Assembly: GCA_031260975.1 (NCBI GenBank)
Contig: JAISKJ010000003.1
Span: 436,065-500,064, forward strand
Direction: 5' to 3'
Source of the DNA: Christensenellaceae bacterium
Lineage (GTDB): Bacteria > Bacillota > Clostridia > Christensenellales > UBA1242
DNA length: 64,000 nucleotides
Numbering within the stretch: the first letter of the stretch is position 1; each line of letters begins with the position of its first letter. The position numbers were made by a program, and so were the translations under genes. The notes below the pieces were generated by a model that was given only the letters and a program-made list of their open reading frames with translations, did not search any database and had not been told where the DNA came from. This document shows positions 1-8,174 of this stretch, piece after piece.

Positions 1-245
1 CGATGACCATTGAGATGCACGACATGCAGACCAAGGCCCGCCATGCAAACAAGTTTTTGCAGGAGGGTGACAAGGTTAAGGTTACCATCCGCATGCGAGG
101 ACGTCAGCAAGCAAGACCGGAGATGGGTATCGGTGTTATGCGGCAGTTTTTTGAGCTCATCAATGCAAACGGCACCATTGACAAAGAACCTGAAATTTTG
201 GGCAGAACCATCACTATGATAGTTGTCCCGAGCATCAAGAAATAA
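1..245 (+). CDS. infC: translation initiation factor IF-3, C-terminal fragment (5' end outside window)
   Basis: ORF open to window edge with IF-3 C-domain sequence (KVKVTIRMRGRQQARPEMG); followed by rpmI-rplT as in the conserved operon. Confidence 0.93.
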   Translation, partial: MTIEMHDMQTKARHANKFLQEGDKVKVTIRMRGRQQARPEMGIGVMRQFFELINANGTIDKEPEILGRTITMIVVPSIKK

Positions 246-358
246 GCTTAATTGCTTTGTGACATGTGTCGAGAACTAACCAAAAATTGCCGGCGGTGTT
301 ATCACCGCAAAAACAGCCCGCGGGGGCATACCCGTAAATAAATTAAGGAGAAAATAAA

Positions 359-553
359 ATGCCAAAACAAAAAACTAATCATTCAGTAAAAAAGCGTTTT
401 AAAGCCACCGCTTCGGGGAAAATTAAACGCAGCCAGCAGGGCAGACGCCACATCTTGGGCAAAAAGTCGACTTCAGTTAAGAGAGACTTGCGTAAAGGCG
501 AATATGTAGACAAGACGCAGGAAAAAACCATTAGGACCTTAATCGGCGCATAA
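359..553 (+). CDS. rpmI: 50S ribosomal protein L35
   Basis: 64 aa, [16 protein letters not shown]-terminus typical of L35; AAGGAG SD 8 nt upstream; operon context. Confidence 0.95.
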   Translation: MPKQKTNHSVKKRFKATASGKIKRSQQGRRHILGKKSTSVKRDLRKGEYVDKTQEKTIRTLIGA

Positions 554-563
554 GGAGAGAGAT

Positions 564-923
564 ATGAGAATAAAAAGAGCAGTTAATAAAAACAAAAATA
601 AAACAAAGGTTCTGAAAGCCGCCAAGGGTTTTTGGGGAGCCAGAAGCAAACAATACAGATATGCCATCGAAGCTGTTATGAAGGCTCAGAAATACGCCTA
701 TATCGGAAGAAAACTTCGCAAAAGAGACATGCGTACTTTGTGGATAACCAGAATTTCGGCAGAAGCGAAAAACAATGGACTTTCATACAATCAGTTTATA
801 CATGGTCTTAAGGTAGCCGAGATTAATCTTAACCGCAAAATTTTGGCTGAAATGGCCGTAAATAACAAGTCAGAATTTGCGTCTCTTGCAGCAACAGCAA
901 AAAAGCAGCTTGTAAAGGCGTAA
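564..923 (+). CDS. rplT: 50S ribosomal protein L20
   Basis: 119 aa basic protein, KGFWGARSKQYRYA motif of L20; directly after rpmI. Confidence 0.96.
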   Translation: MRIKRAVNKNKNKTKVLKAAKGFWGARSKQYRYAIEAVMKAQKYAYIGRKLRKRDMRTLWITRISAEAKNNGLSYNQFIHGLKVAEINLNRKILAEMAVNNKSEFASLAATAKKQLVKA

Positions 924-929
924 CAACTT

Positions 930-1685
930 ATGTTGGTAATTACCTCAACGAGTAATCAAATAATAAAAGATACAGCCGCTCATAAGAGCGGCAAGTCTTG
1001 TTTTGCGCTACTTGAAGGTGAAAACCTTGTTAATGAAGCCATAAAACGTAAAATTAATATTGACAAGCTTTTTGTTTTAAAGGACTGTGCTGATGAGTAT
1101 GGTGTTATTTTGGAGCGAGTACAGAGAGACAAAATCTCCGTTTATTTTGTCAGCGAAAATGTTTTTAAGGCTCTCAGTGACACCAAAACTCCGCAGGGCA
1201 TTTTGGCGCTTGTTGAGCTTCCGCAAAAGCCCATAAGTGGCCCTAAAGGCAACTTTTTGGTGCTTGACAATATTCAAGACCCGGGCAACATGGGGGCAAT
1301 CCTCAGAAGTGCTTTAGGTGCAGGTTTTTTTGATGTGTATTTATTAAACTGTGTCAGTCTTACAAATCCTAAGGTAGTTAGGGCCAGCATGGGCACTGTG
1401 CTTGCGCTGGATTTATATCAAACGGCAGCAGAACAGCTTAGGAATATGCTCAACCAAACCAAACTGCCGCTTTTTGTAAGCGATATGAAAGGTAAGGATA
1501 TATTTAGCTTTAGGCCGCCGCCACAGTTTGGGCTCGTTGTGGGCAATGAAGGCAGCGGCGTATCAGATGAGATAAAAAAGCTTTGCCATGAGGCTTTGAC
1601 AATCCCTATGAGGGGGGGACTTGAATCTCTCAATGCTGCTGTTGCGGCAGGGATTATTATGTTTACGCTTAATTCAAAAAAATAA
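930..1685 (+). CDS. TrmH/SpoU family RNA 2'-O-methyltransferase
   Basis: 251 aa; SpoU-type C-terminal motifs (VVGNEGSGVS, ESLNAAVAAGI); position after rplT as in other Firmicutes. Confidence 0.85.
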   Translation: MLVITSTSNQIIKDTAAHKSGKSCFALLEGENLVNEAIKRKINIDKLFVLKDCADEYGVILERVQRDKISVYFVSENVFKALSDTKTPQGILALVELPQKPISGPKGNFLVLDNIQDPGNMGAILRSALGAGFFDVYLLNCVSLTNPKVVRASMGTVLALDLYQTAAEQLRNMLNQTKLPLFVSDMKGKDIFSFRPPPQFGLVVGNEGSGVSDEIKKLCHEALTIPMRGGLESLNAAVAAGIIMFTLNSKK

Positions 1686-1722
1686 AAAATAGCCGGCGGG
1701 GCACCCCCGCAAGGAGGACAAA

Positions 1723-2463
1723 ATGTCAGGACACAGCAAGTGGGCCACAATTAAGCGGGCCAAAGGAAAAACAGATGCCGAGCGCGGCAAAGTGTTTACA
1801 AAACTTGGCAAAGAAATCGCCGTAGCAGTAAAAATGGGCGGTGCCGATCCAAACGCCAACCCAAGGCTGAGGGACGCAGTAACGAAAGCAAAACAGAATA
1901 ATATGCCAAACGACAACATAACCCGAAGCATCAAAAAGGCCAGCGGGGAGCTCAGCACCATTAATTATGAAGATATGACCTATGAGGGCTATGGAATTGG
2001 TGGCAGTGCTGTGATTGTTGAGTGTTTGACCGATAATAAAAATCGTACTGTAGGAGACATTAGGCACTATTTTGACAAATACGGCGGCAGTCTGGGCTCC
2101 ACCGGCTGTGTGTCATATATGTTCAATAAAAAAGGCGTTCTTACTCTTGAAAAAACCGATAAAACCGATGAGGATACTGTCACTATGCTGGCGCTTGAAG
2201 CAAACGCTGAGGATGTGGTGGATGACGATGAGGCCTATCAGATTATAACAGAGCCTTCTAAATTTGGTGAAATAAAAGAAATACTCGAAAGTAAAGGACT
2301 TGTATTTGTTGATGCCGCTGTTCAATATGTTCCGCAGAACTATGTGGACTTAAACCCTGAGCAGCTGACGACTTTTGTCAGGATGCTGGATATGCTTGAG
2401 GACCTTGATGACGTTCAGGAAGTGTGGCACAACGTGAATCTGCCTCTGACGGAGGAAGAATAG
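1723..2463 (+). CDS. yebC: YebC/PmpR family DNA-binding regulator
   Basis: 246 aa; hallmark N-terminus MSGHSKWATIKRAKGKTDAERGK; AAGGAGG SD. Confidence 0.93.
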   Translation: MSGHSKWATIKRAKGKTDAERGKVFTKLGKEIAVAVKMGGADPNANPRLRDAVTKAKQNNMPNDNITRSIKKASGELSTINYEDMTYEGYGIGGSAVIVECLTDNKNRTVGDIRHYFDKYGGSLGSTGCVSYMFNKKGVLTLEKTDKTDEDTVTMLALEANAEDVVDDDEAYQIITEPSKFGEIKEILESKGLVFVDAAVQYVPQNYVDLNPEQLTTFVRMLDMLEDLDDVQEVWHNVNLPLTEEE

Positions 2464-2531
2464 CCTGATTTTTGAGGGTTTAAAAACGTTTCTGGAAATA
2501 TTATAAAAATCAATAAATTCCTGCAAAATAT

Positions 2532-2560
2532 TTGTGATTTTGGTCAAAGTTTGTTATAAT
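2532..2560 (+). promoter_or_regulatory. sigma-A type promoter of ruvC (TTGTGA-17-TATAAT), start codon 7 nt after the -10 box
   Basis: -35 at 2532-2537, -10 at 2555-2560, ATG at 2568, no SD in between. Confidence 0.6.
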
Positions 2561-2567
2561 GCTATAT

Positions 2568-3059
2568 ATGATAGTTTTAGGGATAGACCCGGGTTTGGCG
2601 ACAGTGGGCTATGGGGTTGTTGACAAACGGCCCGACGGCAGTATTATGGCCGTAGATTATGGGGTTATTGAGACTCCGCCAAACGAAACCATTGCCACAC
2701 GACTTGCTATGATTTATGAAGGAGTAAAGCAGCTTATGCTTCACTTTAAGCCCGAAGAAATCGCACTTGAACAAATTTTTTATTTCAAAAACCAAAAGAC
2801 AATAATCCCTGTAGCCGAAGCCCGTGGAGTTGCGATATTGGCACTTGTGCAGACTACCGGCAAGCTGTTTGAATACACTCCACTTCAGGTCAAGTCTGTA
2901 ATGACAGGAAACGGCAGGGCGGACAAAAAACAGGTGCAGAATATGGTTAAACTTTTGCTTAATCTTGACAACATTCCAAAGCCTGATGATGCGGCAGATG
3001 CATTGGCGGTGGCAATTACACACTGCAAAACAAACAATATCAGCAAAAATCAAATATAA
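2568..3059 (+). CDS. ruvC: crossover junction endodeoxyribonuclease RuvC
   Basis: MIVLGIDPGLATVGYG N-terminus and DAADALAVAITH C-terminal motif; ATG 2559 lies inside the -10 box so 2568 preferred. Confidence 0.9.
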   Translation: MIVLGIDPGLATVGYGVVDKRPDGSIMAVDYGVIETPPNETIATRLAMIYEGVKQLMLHFKPEEIALEQIFYFKNQKTIIPVAEARGVAILALVQTTGKLFEYTPLQVKSVMTGNGRADKKQVQNMVKLLLNLDNIPKPDDAADALAVAITHCKTNNISKNQI

Positions 3060-3079
3060 GTCAGAAAAGGAGAGAAGAG

Positions 3080-3691
3080 ATGTATTCATTCATAAGAGGA
3101 GTTGTGGCAGATAAAAGTGAAAACAGCTTTGTGTTGGATAACGGAGGTATAGGCTATGAAATTCATGCCTCAAAAGCAGGTATAGACCGCGTAGATGTAG
3201 GGGATGAAATTACTGTTCATATCCACGAGCAGGTGACCGAATCAGGGATAAATCTGGTTGGGTTTATTGATATGAAAGAAAAAGAACTCTTTAATAAGCT
3301 GATTGGCATAAACGGTGTGGGCGTTAAGGCCATACTTACTATGTTTTCAAATGTTGATATTGACACAATAAACAGTATTATTGCAAAGGGTGACGCAAAG
3401 GAACTCAGCAAAATTAAGGGTGTGGGCCCCAAGACTGCCGAACGTATTGTTTTGGAGCTTAAGGGCAAGGTTACAGCTTCTGCTACTCCTGAACAAAAAA
3501 CAGCTGTCAAAAAAGACAACATTATCGGCGGCGACGGCCGAGAGATTGGCACGGACGTAATTGATGAAGTTGTGTCACTTCTAGAAGGCTTAGGAGTTGC
3601 CAAGGGTGAGGCACTCAGGCTTGCTAAACAGCAATATGAATTTGGGCTGACCGCCACTGATGTATTAGTCAGATGTCTAAGACACGTATAA
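3080..3691 (+). CDS. ruvA: Holliday junction DNA helicase RuvA
   Basis: 203 aa; HhH motifs (INGVGVKAIL, IKGVGPKTAERI); between ruvC and ruvB. Confidence 0.92.
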   Translation: MYSFIRGVVADKSENSFVLDNGGIGYEIHASKAGIDRVDVGDEITVHIHEQVTESGINLVGFIDMKEKELFNKLIGINGVGVKAILTMFSNVDIDTINSIIAKGDAKELSKIKGVGPKTAERIVLELKGKVTASATPEQKTAVKKDNIIGGDGREIGTDVIDEVVSLLEGLGVAKGEALRLAKQQYEFGLTATDVLVRCLRHV

Positions 3692-3700
3692 AGGAAACTT

Positions 3701-4783
3701 ATGGAAGCACCTAACAAGTTTTTTGCAAGCACAAAAGACGGACATGAAACAAGGCATACCGCCACTACAAACACAAAAACAGCGACGGACAAGGAAATAG
3801 AAAATAAGCTCAGGCCTCAGTTTCTTGTTGATTATGTGGGGCAGACCAAAATAAAGAGCAATATAGAAATATATATAACCGCTGCTAAAAAGCGGGGCGA
3901 GCCTCTTGATCATGTGTTGCTTTATGGGCCGGCGGGGCTTGGAAAAACAACTCTTTCAAATATAATAGCAAACGAAATGGGGTCCAAGATAAAAATAACG
4001 GCGGGCCCTGTTTTAAGCCGTGCTGCCGACCTTGCGGGTATACTGACTAATCTCAGTGCCGGCGATGTTTTGTTTATAGATGAAATTCATAGGCTCCCAG
4101 CCACTGTCGAAGAGGTTCTGTATGGCGCTATGGAGGACTTCACTATAGACTTTGTGGCAGGCAAGGGGGCAGGAGCAAACAACATAAGGCTTCCGCTGAA
4201 GCCTTTTACATTGATTGGTGCCACAACCAAAGCGGGCAGCGTGTCATCACCACTAAGAGACAGATTTGGAGTGCTGTCAAGGCTGGAGCTTTATAGCATA
4301 GAAGAGCTTTCGCAAATAATCACCAGAAGTGCTAAAATTCTGGGAGCTGAAATAACCAAAGAGGCTGTTTTTGAAACTGCAAAATGCAGCAGGGGCACGC
4401 CAAGAATAGCCAACAGACTTCTTAAAAGGGTACGTGATTATGCCGAAGTTGAAAATGCAAAAGCAATAGACTTACAAATTGCCGTGAAGGCAATGAAGCA
4501 AATGGATATAGACGTATTAGGTCTTGACCCTATGGATAGGCGTATTTTGGGCTGTATGATAGAGCATTTTGGCGGCGGTCCTGTGGGGCTTGAAAATATT
4601 GCAAGCGTTGTGGGCGAAGATAGCGGCACCATAGAAGAGGTCTATGAGCCTTATTTGATTAGGCTCGGTTTTATTACAAGGACGCCTAAAGGTCGGGTTG
4701 CGCTTAGCGGAGCTTATAAGCATTTGGGCATAAAGCTTGACAAAACCAAGCAAGAACTGTTAAATGAATATGAAACAAAATAA
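3701..4783 (+). CDS. ruvB: Holliday junction DNA helicase RuvB
   Basis: 360 aa; Walker [27 protein letters not shown]; about 35-aa Thr-rich N-terminal extension. Confidence 0.95.
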   Translation: MEAPNKFFASTKDGHETRHTATTNTKTATDKEIENKLRPQFLVDYVGQTKIKSNIEIYITAAKKRGEPLDHVLLYGPAGLGKTTLSNIIANEMGSKIKITAGPVLSRAADLAGILTNLSAGDVLFIDEIHRLPATVEEVLYGAMEDFTIDFVAGKGAGANNIRLPLKPFTLIGATTKAGSVSSPLRDRFGVLSRLELYSIEELSQIITRSAKILGAEITKEAVFETAKCSRGTPRIANRLLKRVRDYAEVENAKAIDLQIAVKAMKQMDIDVLGLDPMDRRILGCMIEHFGGGPVGLENIASVVGEDSGTIEEVYEPYLIRLGFITRTPKGRVALSGAYKHLGIKLDKTKQELLNEYETK

Positions 4784-4799
4784 AAAAAGCATTGTAGGT

Positions 4800-4817
4800 T
4801 TGCATAATACTATGCAA
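4800..4817. repeat. palindromic repeat copy TTGCATAATACTATGCAA (perfect)
   Basis: 7-4-7 inverted repeat, identical to copies at 23025, 32782 and 32815; followed by ACTTTTTGTCGAAT flank shared with the 58685 locus. Confidence 0.9.
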
Positions 4818-4920
4818 CTTTTTGTCGAATTTTTGATAACTTATAAAAAATGATTGTAAAATAAATTAAAATGGTGTATCATAATATCATTAGTGTATAA
4901 CACAAACAAGGAGCGTTGAT

Positions 4921-5358
4921 ATGACAAATTTGTTGTTAGCAGATTTTAGTTGGGCCACTGCATGGCCGGTAATGTTGTTGGGAGTATTGCTTGTAGGCAT
5001 GATTGTTTTTCAGTTTGTAAGCCGCAAAAAATACTCAAAGCAGGAAGCTCAGATGCGCGAGCAGCTTAAAGTAGGTGACAAAATTGTGACCAACGCCGGA
5101 GTATACGGTGAAATTATAGAGTTTTCAGACACCAATTTTGGCAAGGTGGCTCTTATCAAAACCGGTGAGGGTGACAAAGTGAGTTACCTCAGTATTAATG
5201 CCAGCGTTATTTTAGGTATTGACGTAAAAGAGCCTGTTGTTTTGGATGCCGAAGGCAATCCTATTTTGCCTGCCGCTGAAAAAGTAGTAGCTGAGCCCAG
5301 CAGCAACCCAAGTACTGATGAAACACCCAAAAAATCTAAGAAAAAGAAAGAAGAATAA
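4921..5358 (+). CDS. yajC: preprotein translocase subunit YajC (long C-terminal tail)
   Basis: N-terminal TM helix then KVGDKIVTNAGVYGEI YajC core; precedes secDF region. Confidence 0.8.
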   Translation: MTNLLLADFSWATAWPVMLLGVLLVGMIVFQFVSRKKYSKQEAQMREQLKVGDKIVTNAGVYGEIIEFSDTNFGKVALIKTGEGDKVSYLSINASVILGIDVKEPVVLDAEGNPILPAAEKVVAEPSSNPSTDETPKKSKKKKEE

Positions 5359-5363
5359 ATAAA

Positions 5364-5393
5364 CAAAAACAACTCATTGCGGGTTGTTTTTTT
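5364..5393 (+). terminator. intrinsic terminator after yajC
   Basis: AACAACTC-loop-GGGTTGTT stem followed by T7 run. Confidence 0.75.
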
Positions 5394-5527
5394 CTGAGTT
5401 ACCTCCGTGCGGTTATTGGGAACATAAAAATCGAAATATCGTTTGAGAAATTATAGGTCGTGCAGTCCTGTTTTAAACTTCTCATAAAATATGACAATGC
5501 CTCATAGGTTATAGCAAGAGGTATTTT

Positions 5528-5923
5528 ATGGAAAAGATAATGAACAAAGATTTTGCGCTGTCAGTGCTCAAAGGTGTGCTTGTCAGTTTGTGCATTACGC
5601 TGGTGCTTATATTGCTTTTTGCGGTAATTTTGAGGTTTGTTGATATGAATGATACCCTTGTCAGCACCGTAAATCAAATTATAAAGGTCGTAAGTGTATT
5701 TCTGGGTGTGATGGCGTCGCTTAAAAAGAATTCTGTAAAAGGGCTTTATAAAGGAATGATGATAGGAATTCTTTACACATTTTTGGCCTTTTTGGTATTT
5801 TCGCTGCTTGATGGAAGCTTTGCGTTTGGAGTAACTCTCATATTTGACTTGCTGTTTGCCTTGATTATCGGTGCGGTATGCGGACTTATCTGCGTCAACT
5901 TTAAGAAGAAAGAGAGAATATAA
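5528..5923 (+). CDS. small integral membrane protein (4 predicted TM helices; possibly TIGR04086/YrzE-like)
   Basis: 131 aa, four hydrophobic segments; family assignment from memory only. Confidence 0.7.
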   Translation: MEKIMNKDFALSVLKGVLVSLCITLVLILLFAVILRFVDMNDTLVSTVNQIIKVVSVFLGVMASLKKNSVKGLYKGMMIGILYTFLAFLVFSLLDGSFAFGVTLIFDLLFALIIGAVCGLICVNFKKKERI

Positions 5924-6099
5924 TTAGAGGTTGTTATTTTATATTTATCATTTAAAAGCCCCTTATAATGGGTCTTTTTTAAATTCAAGAATAAATTGTG
6001 AGATAAGTGAGCAATTTTCTTATGGTACAAATGCGTTTGTGAGGGGCTTTTTATTATGCCTTTTGAATCTTAAAAACTGCTTTTGGGGTATTTACAAGT

Positions 6100-6381
6100 G
6101 TGCTCTATAATGTTATAATAAATAAGATAACTAATGCCCAAGAAGGGGGCTACCGCGCCGAAATGTTTTTTGTAAACGGATTGGGCGGATTTACTTATGT
6201 TGTAAATAATGAGCAGTACCGTTCTTTTAAATGTCTGCCTTTTGAGGACCTGCGCGATCACCTGACAAATAATAATACTATTAAAGATGGCGAAGTAATT
6301 TATAAGCTGATGAAATACTTCAGAGCAGACCCTGAAAATGAGCTTATTGTGGGCTTTGACAACGTAAACGAATGTGACTGA
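6100..6381 (+). CDS. hypothetical protein (GTG start); reading frame continues past its TGA for 65 more sense codons to 6579
   Basis: 93-aa ORF with protein-like composition; same frame stays open 6382-6576; see finding. Confidence 0.5.
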   Translation: MLYNVIINKITNAQEGGYRAEMFFVNGLGGFTYVVNNEQYRSFKCLPFEDLRDHLTNNNTIKDGEVIYKLMKYFRADPENELIVGFDNVNECD

Positions 6382-6580
6382 AGCGTCAGGATATTTGTTC
6401 AGCTTTCCCGCCTCGGCCAGAATGATTATGCGTTTGGAGCAAAACCTGCACAAAAAGTTTTTTATTGTGACGACAGCTTCAAAAAGCTGGGGGAAAATTA
6501 CAGTCAAATAGAAACAAATATTTTTAACAGTATATATGACTGCTTTAAGATGCAAGAACAGCAGATAGGAGGGCAATGAT

Positions 6581-7951
6581 ATGTATGATAGTGATGAAAG
6601 CGTCCCCGAAAATAGAATATCAAAGAAAAAAGAAGTGCAGGCAGACGCTTCAAAGAGACGCATGGGAAGACCATCCAATGCTTACAAAATTATGCAGGAA
6701 CTCAAAGCACAAGGCGTGGATGTTGATGTTATATTTGGAATTTATCTTATTAACCCTAGGTCTAACTACATACCTAAAAGGCTGAGAGAGGAACTGTCGC
6801 CGGAAGCATTGGTGCAATCGGTTGAAATTATTGCTTCTGAAGAAGCTGATAAACCTACAGTCATTAAACATGGCCTCAAATGGCCTGCTAAGATTGACAA
6901 AGAAATTGATGCAAAAAAAGAGATATCTATTAAAGAAGACCTAGCATCCATAGCTGTCAGGATTGACCCTTATAAGTTTGGCTGGCCTAAGAGGGGTAGC
7001 GGCAGGTTGCTTTATGCCGAAAAGGAACGCAGGATTGCGCAGTTCTTTACAAGTCCCGATGGAGAAGCTTTGCTTAAAGAGCGGGGAATTGAGGGGGAGT
7101 TTGTAACGTTTAGTGTTGTGCCCTATGATGTTAATGTCAAAAAAGAAAGATTGTCAGCACCCAAAGGCGGACCGCTTGGTAGCCCCAATAAAGTAATGAG
7201 CGCAAAAAGGCTTGAAAAAATAAAAGAAAAAGAGGAAATATTTATGAAGCTTCCGCCTACGCTGCATGTTAAACAGAAAGATGAAATCGCTATACAAGTT
7301 AAACCTTTTGAAGAGACAGAAGGAGCACCGGAAGTGCCTGAAAATTTTGCCAACTGTATGAAAAACCTAAACGGTAAGCGTTGTTCTGTTGGCAGAGCTG
7401 TTGCAGACTCGCTGCATGCAGTTACGAACACACAGTGGTTTAGGTCGCAGTGTGTTGACACTATATCACTTAGAATAACCAGAAATAAAATAGGCATGTT
7501 TATGGCTGAGGTAGTGTTTAGGGATTATAATCAAAGGATGGTAAAGCAGCAGGAAATATTGCCTATAGGAGAAAGCCTAACAGCACTGACACCTGACACT
7601 AAGCATCACCCCATGCTTGAAGCTTTAAGCAGGCAGGTGACACCTGACAGAATACTTAATCTTAATTTTGAAAACTTGCACATAAACTATGAAACTACGC
7701 TTAACATAAGGCTTATTGGCATACAGCCAAGCAAAACAACGGAGCTTTGCAGAATAGAACGTTCACTTGAGATGTCGGCGAGAAAGATTGCCGACCAGGA
7801 TGAGGTTTTAGCTGAAGCCCACGAAGAAAGTGCACTTGACGAACCTATATTCAAGGCACTTAATGCTTTTGAGAAAAGTGCAAAAGAGAAATTTGGACGA
7901 AAGTATGCCATTTCAAGATATGACGAGATTTTAAGAGGCGGTATGCAATAA
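6581..7951 (+). CDS. hypothetical protein, 456 aa, no domain recognised
   Basis: Long ORF, GGAGGG SD 8 nt upstream, start abuts upstream frame stop (TGAtATG); terminator follows. Confidence 0.75.
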   Translation: MYDSDESVPENRISKKKEVQADASKRRMGRPSNAYKIMQELKAQGVDVDVIFGIYLINPRSNYIPKRLREELSPEALVQSVEIIASEEADKPTVIKHGLKWPAKIDKEIDAKKEISIKEDLASIAVRIDPYKFGWPKRGSGRLLYAEKERRIAQFFTSPDGEALLKERGIEGEFVTFSVVPYDVNVKKERLSAPKGGPLGSPNKVMSAKRLEKIKEKEEIFMKLPPTLHVKQKDEIAIQVKPFEETEGAPEVPENFANCMKNLNGKRCSVGRAVADSLHAVTNTQWFRSQCVDTISLRITRNKIGMFMAEVVFRDYNQRMVKQQEILPIGESLTALTPDTKHHPMLEALSRQVTPDRILNLNFENLHINYETTLNIRLIGIQPSKTTELCRIERSLEMSARKIADQDEVLAEAHEESALDEPIFKALNAFEKSAKEKFGRKYAISRYDEILRGGMQ

Positions 7952-7960
7952 TAAGAACAA

Positions 7961-7984
7961 AGCTGCACATCCGTGCAGTTTTTG
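7961..7984 (+). terminator. intrinsic terminator
   Basis: AGCTGCAC-ATCC-GTGCAGTT stem followed by TTTTG. Confidence 0.75.
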
Positions 7985-8111
7985 TTTGACTTGATGGCTT
8001 TTTGTCAAAAATCTTTTATTGATTTTAGGCCTGCTTAAAAGAGTTTAGAAGGTTAAACAGACTTGTATAATGATGCAGGGCCAATCAACACATTTTTTGT
8101 TAAAAATCTTG

Positions 8112-8140
8112 TTGACTTATCAGGCCGAATTTTGTATAAT
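8112..8140 (+). promoter_or_regulatory. sigma-A type promoter of secDF (TTGACT-17-TATAAT)
   Basis: -35 at 8112-8117, -10 at 8135-8140; SD AGGAG and ATG 8175 downstream. Confidence 0.65.
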
Positions 8141-8174
8141 CAGATATTACGGATTTTTAGGAGACAGTTTTTTA

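Noticed and set aside
289-296. Recurrent GCCGGCGG octamer in intergenic regions (289, 1692, 10639)
   Set aside because: There are three copies, and two of them (289, 1692) form the 5' side of small GC-rich hairpins before SD sequences. They are short and could be chance or generic 5'-UTR stem-loops, so the support is insufficient for a repeat family.
4823-4829. TGTCGAA heptamers (4823, 40193, 40226, 58687) as Spo0A boxes
   Set aside because: A 7-mer is expected about 8 times by chance in 64 kb counting both strands. No sporulation-specific genes are visible in this window. The heptamers are better explained as part of the longer ATTCGACAAAAA repeat module. The idea is kept only as a note.
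6379-6381. Alternative genetic code (TGA as a sense codon) for the whole genome
   Set aside because: TGA ends several full-length conserved genes at the expected position, for example serS at 38899-38901 and the DUF45 gene at 40322-40324. Only a local event remains plausible.
6070-6678. 202-aa minus-strand ORF spanning the TGA-split region
   Set aside because: Its Phe/Ile/Leu/Cys-rich, low-complexity sequence is typical of the antisense strand of a real gene. It overlaps the well-supported start and SD of the 456-aa plus-strand gene, and no SD or promoter was seen for it.
8070-8174. N-terminal extensions in the ORF track (secD 8070, cinA 23025, mutS 29081, serS 37579, PadR-like 41120, pheT 63437, ruvC 2559, miaB 27688)
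   Set aside because: In each case an internal start with a proper SD or promoter context matches the canonical family N-terminus. The extensions run through promoters, repeats or structured elements.
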